A DNA stretch of 64,000 nt from Octopus vulgaris (Eukaryota): positions 99,076,001-99,140,000 of the forward strand of contig OX597818.1 in the NCBI GenBank assembly GCA_951406725.2. The letters are read 5' to 3'. The position numbers and the translations under genes are program-made. The notes beneath the pieces were generated by a model that saw only the letters and a list, made by a program, of their open reading frames with translations, searched no databases and had not been told where the DNA came from. This document shows, piece after piece, positions 1 through 9,823 of the stretch (position 1 is the first letter of the stretch; each line of letters starts with the position of its first letter).

Positions 1-1033
1 TATATAAAATCTTCTTGGGACATAACACAGAAAGCATGTTCTATCCGTTTTCTTTAGGGGACCAAAACGTAACAGAAATTTAGTCACATGTGGGCATGAT
101 CCGAAAAGTTCTGTCCTTGTATTTAGACATGTGGTAGGGTCTAAGCTGCTTTTCCAGATAAGCCATCTCTCCATGTCGCATAAACCGCACCTTCCGCTGC
201 CGTTAGTATAGGGCTTACATCTGGCCAAAATCTTCCATTGTATGTTATAATCGACACCTTTATCTCTTAAAGACCAAATATGATTGGATAATTGTGTCGC
301 TTTTCTTTGTTCCAGTGCCTAAAGCTCAAAGTGTGGTTATTGAACCTGGCCTTGAAATTACCCTCTGTCAGGCCCACGTATTTCTTCGTCAAAACGGTGT
401 CTTTAGTGGTTATAGAGTTTACGGTAGCTTCATATATGATGGTCTTGGACATGCAAGCTCCATTTAGCGGGCACAATTCTTTATTCCTGCATGAACAGCT
501 GTTTTCTTCTTGTGTTTTTTGTATGTTATGATTGATTATGTTTTTAAAATTGGTAGTTGAACTAAAACTAATTTTTAAATTGTGTCTATTGAAGAGTTTC
601 CTATAAGCATGGTTAACTGGAAAATGTCTATCTATTAGTGCTAGAAATATTTACCTATATTGAAGGCCACCTCGGGTGAGTAAGGGCGTAAACCAGATGA
701 CCTTCCTATTTCTATTATTCCTTTTCCTTATTGTTGGGCTGGTGATAGGTGTATATTTTATTTTTTCGCTAAAACCACTATCTTTTAAAGCTTTATTATA
801 AACTGGGGCAACGCTATTGAAGATGTCCTCATTAGATGAGAGGCTAGAAATCCTCTTACTAATATTTTTAACTAAATTTTTGAATACTATAGGGGATGGC
901 ATGAACCTACATTAATATAACTTAGTCTATCATTGGGCTTCCTATAAGGCTTATAAATATTATTATTAAGATCTAAGGAAACGTCTAAGAAATTGACAAC
1001 CGTCAGGTTAGTGTCTATAGTTATACTAAGTCC
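1..1033 (-). mobile_element. Inverted copy of the same PLE (left arm of the palindrome; continues past the window edge)
   Basis: Reverse complement of 1034-2070, differing by 1 substitution and 6 single-base homopolymer indels. ORFs 651..902 and 267..476 are frameshifted pieces of the same protein. Confidence 0.92.
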
Positions 1034-2321
1034 GGACTTAGTATAACTATAGACACTAACCTGACGGTTGTCAATTTCTTAGACGTTTCCTTAGATCTTA
1101 ATAATAATATTTATAAGCCTTATAGGAAGCCCAATGATAGACTAAGTTATATTAATGTAGGTTTATGCCATCCCCCTATAGTATTCAAAAATTTAGTTAA
1201 AAATATTAGTAAGAGGATTTCTAGCCTCTCATCTAATGAGGACATCTTCAATAGCGTTGCCCCAGTTTATAATAAAGCTTTAAAAGATAGTGGTTTTAGC
1301 GAAAAATAAAATATACACCTATCACCAGCCCAACAATAAGGAAAAGGAATAATAGAAATAGGAAGGTCATCTGGTTTACGCCCCTTACTCACCCGAGGTG
1401 GCCTTCAATATAGGTAAATATTTCCTAGCACTAATAGATAGACATTTTCCAGTTAACCATGCTTATAGGAAACTCTTCAATAGACACAATTTAAAAATTA
1501 GTTTTAGTTCAACTACCAATTTTAAAAACATAATCAATCATAACATACAAAAAACACAAGAAGAAAACAGCTGTTCATGCAGGAATAAAGAATTGTGCCC
1601 GCTAAATGGAGCTTGCATGTCCAAGACCATCATATATGAAGCTACCGTAAACTCTATAACCACTAAAGACACCGTTTTGACGAAGAAATACGTGGGCCTG
1701 ACAGAGGGTAATTTCAAGGCCAGGTTCAATAACCACACTTTGAGCTTTAGGCACTGGAACAAAAGAAAAGCGACACAATTATCCAATCATATTTGGTCTT
1801 TAAGAGATAAAGGTGTCGATTATAACATACAATGGAAGATTTTGGCCAGATGTAAGCCCTATACTAACGGCAGCGGAAGGTGCGGTTTATGCGACATGGA
1901 GAGATGGCTTATCTGGAAAAGCAGCTTAGACCCTACCACATGTCTAAATACAAGGACAGAACTTTTCGGATCATGCCCACATGTGACTAAATTTCTGTTA
2001 CGTTTTTGGTCCCCTAAAGAAAACGGATAGAACATGCTTTCTGTGTTATGTCCCAAGAAGATTTTATATATTTTTATATATTTTTATATATTTTTTTATA
2101 TATTTTTATGTATTTTTATATAATTTTTATGACGAAAAATGCGAGCGATGTATAAGTACGCAGGCAAAGCAGAGTTATAACAGAGTAATTTCCCTTCATT
2201 TTTAACGGTATTTTTTCATAACGTTTTCAAATAGCCAGATAACCGAAGAGATGGTGTTGTGGATTTCCACTTCGGCATCTGAAACTCAGAGTTTTATCTT
2301 GACTACCGAGTAATGTAACAT

Positions 2322-2325
<4 letters not shown>
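1034..2325 (+). mobile_element. Penelope-like retroelement (PLE), 5'-truncated: RT C-terminus/thumb, Cys-rich linker, C-terminal GIY-YIG endonuclease and 3' UTR
   Basis: From 1034: GLSITIDTNLTVVNFLDVSLDLNNNIYKPYRKPND..YIN...CHPP..KNISKRISSLSSNE, then (frameshifted) WFTPPYS. ORF 1398-2030 contains CSCRNKELCPLNGAC, IIYEATV...KYVGLT...RFNNH...LSNH...CGLC..E...LN..TE...CPH. The element ends against (TA)n. CpGs are retained, so it is young. Clade (Nematis/Neptune-type) not determined. Confidence 0.92.
2237..2299 (+). ncRNA. Variant type I hammerhead ribozyme-like motif in the PLE 3' region
   Basis: AGATAA (stem I) - CCGAAGA (core, U4C versus CUGANGA) - GATG...CATC (stem II, internal GTGG-attt-CCAC hairpin) - T - GAAA - CTC-A-GAG-T (short, near-palindromic stem III) - T - TTATCT (stem I). 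PLE terminal repeats are known to carry minimal type I hammerheads. Confidence 0.55.

Positions 2326-2372
<47 letters not shown>
2326..2372. repeat. (TA)n microsatellite joining two tail-to-tail elements
   Basis: About 23 perfect TA units. Confidence 0.95.
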
Positions 2373-2375
<3 letters not shown>

Positions 2376-3013
2376 TGAAAAATAGGATAAAATCTTTATA
2401 AGAATTTATCAAGTAGCGTGAAAAACCTCATAAGGGAAAAATCCATCAATCATTCCTCTTAAATATATTTACTTATATTAAGGGCATTACTATACATAAA
2501 TGCCTCACACTAGGAGGGACTCTTAAAGTCAAAACTACCATAATAAATAAACACATTGTACTGAACTCGAGGGAATGCAACTCTCGAAGTGAGCATTTTA
2601 AAAACAGAATTCAGCTGCATATCATAGGATTTCATAATTAGTGCACAAAATGCACTTTTTAATCTTCAGTGCAAGCATAATTCAAGACACACAAAAACGA
2701 ACAAAAAATCAACATACCAGATGAACACCAAATGTATCCAGCATAGTACATAGAATTGTTCACACTTATATATCTATGTAAAAGGCAGGCTTTTCGAATT
2801 GCATCTCGGTACATGTGTTTATTCAGAATAAAATTCAGCACTGAATATATCCCGGTTAAATTTACAATTGAAAAATAGGATAAAATCTCTATAAGAATTT
2901 ATCAAGTAGTTAGCGTAAATATATTTAAGACGAATAATTGATGGATTTTTCCTTTATGAGGTTTTTCATGATAACTACTAATTCTTATAAAGATTTTATC
3001 CTATTTATTCCAA
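2373..3013 (-). mobile_element. Non-coding hammerhead-containing element (non-autonomous PLE / retrozyme-like) with a terminal direct repeat and a fold-back end
   Basis: attgaaaaataggataaaatct.tataagaatttatcaagtag occurs at 2374 and 2867 (period 493). 2917-3013 is an inverted copy of ~2375-2470. A hammerhead lies at 2614-2676. No recognisable protein. Another copy of the terminus is at ~22371-22468. Confidence 0.7.
2614..2676 (-). ncRNA. Minimal type I hammerhead ribozyme
   Basis: Minus strand reads gcUUGCA CUGAAGA uuaaaaAGUGCAuuuugUGCACUaauuau GAAA UC-cuau-GA U A UGCAGc. The CUGANGA and GAAA boxes are intact, with stem I UUGCA/UGCAG, a 3-bp stem III and an AUA cleavage triplet. The base of stem II is imperfect (U-U closing pair). 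Confidence 0.7.
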
Positions 3014-3883
3014 CCTTGCTGTTATCCAATTACTGAAACAAGTAAAAGAATAAAAGACTGAAAGGTACACATACACTTGTGCATGAGAGCACACACACAT
3101 ACACACAAATAAACACTGGCAAGGGCTGTGTGAGCAAAATCGGTGCATCAAATAAATATGTTTTACGACAATTCATTTATTTCCATCAGTTATGACACTT
3201 TATGCTGAGATAAACTTTGACAGACACAGACAGGTTAAATTATTTTTTAAAAATATATCAGTCAAAGTATAGAAGTCAATAAATAACCAACTAAAACCCT
3301 TAAACATTCTACGATGGTCACAACCCCAATACTAAAAGCAGTGAAAGAATAAAAGAATAACTCAGCTTATTATTAATATACTAGAATTTTCTAGAAAATC
3401 TCTTCATAAACAATTTTCCAGTTAGCCACCTAAAATCCAATAAAAATTTTAAAAACTTCGAAAGTTTTAAAGACATGAAAAAGTAGGGACATATCTAACA
3501 TCTAGAATCTAAAGGTATCATTTCACACACTAACATCATCATCTGGTATAAACAAATCAATGAATGAATAATGGTCACTAGATCTACCAAAAACTGTAGC
3601 CATATCTCCTTCAAATTACATGCTACTGTCTCAAAAATAGGTGTAGAGGTATCAGACAATGCAATTTTAGACACCTTTAAAACCAAAAATAAAAGAATGG
3701 TCAAGACTGGAATATGTTTAACCATAAGTCTTAATGAACAAGCATGATCTGTTCATTAAGACATTTTAACAACAACAATTAATATAAATACTGACATAAG
3801 CAGGAAACAATCTTTAAAGCCAAAAAATGCCAAATTATCATCTTTATTATTAGATTATCTTTCAGTAGTTGACTATTGTTACT

Positions 3884-4290
3884 GTGGCAGGTTCAGTAAG
3901 CATTGGATAAAATACAGTATTTAGTATTTTGTTTCATCACATTAATATTTCACTGAGTTCTACTTTGCTTTTTATTATGTCAGTTGCTAAAACAAATAAC
4001 AGTATTATACATCAATATGGTCCTCATTTAAAAGTGTGCAACCTTGTATCAATACAAGAAATTATTATTATAGCTAATATTGATTTTTTTTTTAAATAAG
4101 CACAAGGTCTCAATTTAAGGAAGAGGAAAGTCAACATTTTAACTCTAGTGCTTGACTTGTACTTAATTTTACTGACCCAGGAGGATGGATGGTAAACTAG
4201 ATCTCAGGATTTGCATTTAAATGAAAAGAGCTAAAACAAAATAGCACAAGAAATGTTATCTAATATTATAACAATTCTGCCAGTCCCAAA
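3884..4290. mobile_element. Two highly decayed SINE copies, tail-to-tail (+ ~3884-4065; - ~4095-4290)
   Basis: A gtggcagg...gagttctactttgc...ccttgtatc...attattatt pattern on +. The reverse copy ends ...aattctgccagtccc, the reverse complement of the SINE head gctggcagaat. Confidence 0.5.
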
Positions 4291-5064
4291 CCATTATTAT
4301 TGTTAATATTAATGTTATTACAAATAATATTTATTTAGTAGTGGTAGTTGAAGAATCTAAGCTCTGAAACTTTCCAAATATTTTCAGATTTAACAATGAT
4401 CTTCCTAAGAAAAGGTGAATATAGACATTTTCTTAAACATACTCATCAACAAAACACTTTTGAGGTTTAAATATATTGACAGAAAAATCATAATGCATAA
4501 GGAATGTGGTGTGTATAGAAAACCTCACAATTTCAGAATTTTAAGATTTCTTTTCAACATCATTTTATATTGTTGTTTCTTACTGTTAAGATTTTATTTA
4601 TTCATTTATTTATTTATTTATTTTATATTGCAGAAATCTTATGGTCTGAAATGGTGCTCATAGAAGTGAAATAAAGTATTACTGATTATTGCATATACAT
4701 AAGATTCGTGAAATATTAGCAAAATGGTAACCATTAGAAGAATATATACCACACAACAAAAATTCTAGCTAGTTTAGTTCGATTGTTAGGATGCTTGCCA
4801 GCTAAACAAGGGGTAGAGGAAGAGGAGAGAAAGAAAAGAGGGGGAGATTAGATAGTTCTTTTCTTGTTAATAGAGATAACTTTATTAATAACCAAGACAA
4901 CACTTGCTGGATTATTAATTTAGCTATATGCCAATAAATGGGCTTCTTTATAGTAGCTTGATCTGCTAGAAATAATAGTCAATTTCCCTTAAACCTCTAC
5001 TATCTTTAAAAAAAAAACACATTGAATAATGTAGTCAGAGCACACTATTTTAGAGAGAGGGGGA

Positions 5065-5066
<2 letters not shown>

Positions 5067-5128
<62 letters not shown>
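5067..5128. repeat. (GA)n microsatellite
   Basis: Perfect GA run; source of the ERERER ORF. Confidence 0.95.
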
Positions 5129-5132
<4 letters not shown>

Positions 5133-5449
5133 TGCAGACCTAGTGCACAAAAACAACATTTAATTAACTATAAAGATACAAAGATACGACTTCAGGCTCT
5201 TGAAAGACTCAGTAATTGTACAGTGCTTCAAAATCTTCAGTAATGAGCTCTACCTTTCTATAGTACCTATTAGCAATGAAATAATACTAAATAAGAGCAT
5301 TCAGTGCTGCATGCCACTGCTATGGATGCAATCTAGTGACAATAGGGTTACAAACTGTCACCCTTTCAACTTCTAAATCATTATTAAATGGCTTGTGGAC
5401 CTATGTTTCTCTTGAGACTATATGTTTTATGATATATTTTATGGTGATA

Positions 5450-6170
5450 ATTTAGTAATAACTAATTCTGTTTCTATCATACATCAATGCTGTCCAGGCT
5501 TCATTCTATACTCAAATCACTTGGAAAGGTGATGCCTGTTCATATGTAGATTTTACTCTTTCCAACATCTTTCACATGAGTATCTCATCTAAATACATAT
5601 GCTTCCTTTAATTTTCTCTGATCTCCTCCAATCACCAATAACTATCCAATCACTTCCTGCATCAAAGATATATTTCTCATTCCAACATTCTGCCAAGTCA
5701 TCAGTCTTAATGACATTAATGTTTACAACTCTTCGTGGAGTATACTTATTCCATACAGATGTTACCTGTGTAGAAAGCAAATCTTTTCTAATCCTCAGTA
5801 TCAACTAGTTTCATACACTAAACATATTACTATCATTCCCTTTGATCTCTCTCACTTTCAAACTCAGCATCTTCAAAACCATCACAGACTCTTGTAATTG
5901 GTACACATTCTTGACTAATGATATTCAAAATTATCTGACTCATAAGAGCTCTATCAATTCAAGGCTATCTAATAAATGAGCTTCCCTCCTGATTCTTCTA
6001 AGAAATTTAGGTGAGTGAACGAAACTATTCTGTTAGGTATATCTTTTCATATTCCACACATAACCAAAACTCACTCCTAAATCTCCCAAGTAATTCACTC
6101 ATTACTGCACTGCAGCAGTCCAGGCACAGATCACAATCTACAACACTTGGAGCTATAGGTAAATTATAAT
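5450..6170 (+). mobile_element. Decayed CR1/L2-group LINE, AP-endonuclease region
   Basis: Frameshifted motifs KGDACSYV (GGVCAYV), ISLNDINVYNSSW (ILGDFNVHNxxW) and PKSPK*FTHYCTAAV (PWFxxxCxxA). Confidence 0.55.
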
Positions 6171-6557
6171 TTCATAATGCTACATAATTAAATGACATCA
6201 CTCTTTCAGCAAAACAAAAACTTGCCTGTCAGTTGTAGATTCTACAATTTAAGCACTGCAATTTAATGAAATTATTTTCAGTGATATAGGCACATGCTAT
6301 AAACAATAGTGGATTTGCCAATCAAACATAACAATTTTCTTCACACGAGAAATAAATGTATTTTACAGTCACACCATGTAAGTGTCAGGAAGAGACAAAC
6401 TCTACAGTCAACAATCTAGCACTAAAAAAACTAGACTACTCGTAATTCTAAAGAGGAAGAGCAGGAGGTGAGTGAAGTTATAAAAATGTGTTATTATGTA
6501 CTATGAATTCAAATGTTTACTTTCACTCAAGAAAGAATCAAAGCAATAAATATACTT

Positions 6558-6601
<44 letters not shown>

Positions 6602-6790
6602 CATAATACATTACGTTATATTATATATATGGAGATAGCTCTCTGGATATGTATATATAAAGAGCACAGCAGGTATATATAAAATGTGTACCTCGTGCCA
6701 GGAAAAGTAATGAAATAAATAATTTTTTAAAAATAATTTTTTCCATTAACATTATTATTACAATCATTATCATTATTATTATAATTATTA

Positions 6791-7029
6791 AGGCAGCAAG
6801 CTAGCAGAATCATTAGCATACCAGAGAAAATGCTCAGTAGTATTTCTTCTGATTTTATATTCTGCATTCAAATGCTGCCAAAGTTGTCTTTGTCTTTCAT
6901 TCTTTCAGGGTCAATAAAATAGGTAGCAGATGAGTACTAGGGTTGATGTAATTGACTTACCCACTCCCCCTGAAAATGCTGGCCTCGTACCAAAATTTAA
7001 AACCATTATTGTTACTATTATGATGATTA

Positions 7030-7067
<38 letters not shown>

Positions 7068-8180
7068 GCTGTTGTTAAGATGGAGAGCTGATAGTATCAT
7101 TAGAATGCTGGGAAAAATGCTTGGCAGCATTTCATCCATTCTTATGTTCTGAGTTCAAATTCCACCGAGGTTGACTTGACCTTTCATCCTTTCAGGGTTG
7201 ATAAAATCAGTGTCAGTGGAGCACTAGCATCAGTGTAATCAACTATCCCCCTCCAACAAAAATTCCAGGCCTTGTACTTATAGTAGAAAGGATTCTTCTT
7301 CTTATTATTAAAGTTTCTAGCTGGCAGAACTGCTTAGCAGCTTTCCATCCAACTTCACAATTTGAGTTCAAATTCTACCAAAGTCAACTTTGCCTATCCT
7401 CCTTTAGGGTTCAATAAAATTATTACCAGTTGATAAATGTGGTTAATTCTATAAACTTCCTTACTCTTGAAAATTGCTGACTCTGTGCCAAAATAACAAT
7501 AACAGCAGCAGCAGCAGTCTGCCGCTGCCACCACCACCAACACCAACACCACCACCATCATTCTTAAAGCAGCAAGCTGGCAGAATCATTAGCACATTAG
7601 GACAAAATGCTTAACAGCGTTTCCTCTAGCTCTTTATATTCTGTCAACTTTGCTTTTCATCCTTTTGGGATTGATAGAATAAATACCAGCTAAGCACTGG
7701 AGTTGATGTAATTAACTAACCCACTCTCTTCAAAATTGCTGGTCTTGTACCAAAATTAGAAAGTATCGTATTATTATTATTGGTGAGGTGAGCTAACAGA
7801 ATAGTTACAGTATGGGACAAAAGACTTAATAGCATTTCTTCTGGCTTTATGTTCTGAGTACAAATGTCATTGAGGTCAACTTAGCATTTCATCCTTTCAG
7901 AGTTGATGAAGTAAGTACCAGTTGAGCACAGAGGTCAATGTAAGTAACTATCCTCTTCCCCTAAAATCGTTGGTCTTCCACCAAAATTTGAAACAATTAT
8001 TATGACTATTTTGAGTCTGAGTTCAAATTCCATCAAGGTCATCTTTACCTTTCATCCTTTCGGGGCCAATAAAATAATTACCAGTTGAGCACTGGGGTCG
8101 ATGTAATTGACTTACCCCCTCCCTTGAAGGTTCAAGCCTTGTGCCTTTAGTAAAAAGGATTATTATTATTATTATTATTT
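6791..8180 (+). mobile_element. Head-to-tail cluster of six tRNA-derived SINEs (Meta-domain-like) separated by (ATT)n or other simple tails
   Basis: Copies at ~6791-7005, 7078-7292, 7311-7495, 7567-7763, 7783-7996 and 8016-8160 (5'-truncated). They share the head gctggcagaatcattagc, B-box-like gagttcaaattcc, and core gcctttcatcctttcggggtcgataaaataagtaccag, which resembles the MetaSINE domain. Confidence 0.85.
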
Positions 8181-8926
8181 TGTAAAATGGTTATTTGCAA
8201 TTTAATAAAAGTTATAAATAAGCAGAGTTTTATAAAATTTGAAATTTTATAAAAGTAAAGTTATTTGGTTTCCCAGTAATAACAAACTCTAACATACCAC
8301 CATAAGACAAACAGGCACACAGTTACAAGTAGCACAATAAGAATCTTATATAAAGTGTACTGAGAAAGCAAAGGCAAAAGAGAATTACATTTCTATAAAA
8401 TTAAGGTGATCTAGTACCTTGCTAAAAAGAGTGTGTTCATTCATTGCTATTCTTGTTTGTTTTTCTGTTTTGTTTTTTTAAATAAAATCATGTATCATCA
8501 CTCACTGCTCTATCATGTAACTACACTTCATAATCTGATCTCAATACAAACAAGATAATTTCAATAAGATTTCAGTAGCCAAAAAGCAAATAATGTAAAC
8601 AGAAATTTACACAAGAAAGATGTTCAGATTCACAGAAATGTGAACACGCTTCTTGATACACTAGAGTATACCACCAAATGCCCAATCATAAAAAGATAAA
8701 CTTACTAAAGAGAGATTAAAAAACTAACAGCATGCTTTTAAACCAAACAGGAATAAATTCTCAAAGACCTTCTATTTCACTAAATTATGTTCAGGATATT
8801 TTTTAAATGTTAACTACTTGCATCTAATAAGACATTAAAAGGTGCTCAAGTGAGAAAAGAAATGGATATGATGCACAATCATATTGTTTGTGCAGTTATA
8901 TCTTTTTAGTCCTTTTCATATATCTA

Positions 8927-8977
<51 letters not shown>

Positions 8978-9669
8978 CAGATATCATTTAAAAAAAGGCA
9001 AAATATGACAAAAAAAAACAACAGGATTAAGAGTGCTGTTATTATTTCTTCATACTTTCAGTTTTAGTCAGTGCCAAACTGCATCTAAGTAAAGTGAAAG
9101 AGACCATATGAAGAGTTCAGTTCCTATAATTCACAACCATGGTAATATTTTAGATGGAGCATAAAACTGGAATGTGTAAAGAACAATGCATCATCAAACT
9201 TACCTGTCTTGGGAGCTGTTAATAGAAATAGGTAGAAAAGAACCATAGTCTGTCATTTTTTAATGTTTTTTAATGAGTAATGCTACATACCTAATTTCTT
9301 TATTTTGTTTCATATGTTTAAATATTAAGGTATTTAATTTATTTATTAGTCTTTATCATTGTGCCTACTGAGTTACAATGCCTAAGTGGTTAGGGTATGG
9401 ACTATGACTACATGGAATTAAGCTCAAATCTACATATATTCCCTAGGTAGAGTAAATAATTCTTGCATCAGTCAGTCTGGATGACTAAAAGGTACCTCTT
9501 TTACTTCTCTATTAAGTGATTAAGAAAGAAAAAATAACAAGTAGAAAAAATAATAGTAAATCACTCCAACAAATATAAAATTTGCAAAAAACTTTCCATT
9601 TATGCTATCCATGAGCATATGGATGACAAAGTGAACAAAATGAAAAAATATAAAAAAAAGCATACATAC

Positions 9670-9823
9670 TTTCAATGAGCAGTTTTGTACCAATAACAAT
9701 ACTAGTGATTTGGTTTGTTGCTACACATTCATAATCGCCATGGTCTGCTTTTTCAAGAAGATAGATGGTCAGGTTCCCTTTATTTTGAGAAGCTCGACTT
9801 TCCCAATCAATTTCACCATCAAC
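9670..9823 (-). CDS. tutl: Coding exon, second half of Ig5 of the turtle/IGSF9-like gene (absent from the ORF track)
   Basis: Acceptor ttttctag|GTT, then VDGEIDWESRASQNKGNLTIYLLEKADHGDYECVATNQITSIVIGTKLLIE+A, donor A|gtatgt. 154 bp, phase 0/1, in frame with the 16863-16978 exon. It supplies GNLTI..L.K.DHGxYEC, which closes the Ig disulfide. Confidence 0.88.

Noticed and set aside
292-531. ORFs 292-531 (+), 1538-1786 (-) and 1859-2056 (-)
   Set aside because: Antisense frames of the PLE endonuclease, duplicated by the palindrome.
1034-2325. Selenoprotein-type (in-frame TGA/SECIS) PLE as in Naiad elements
   Set aside because: The endonuclease here is C-terminal, the visible ORF has no in-frame TGA and ends in TAG, and I could not see a SECIS.
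6791-8180. Regularly spaced repeats resembling a CRISPR array or tRNA gene cluster
   Set aside because: Units are ~210-bp diverged SINEs with simple-repeat tails. There are no short identical repeats with unique spacers, no cas genes and no intact cloverleaf.
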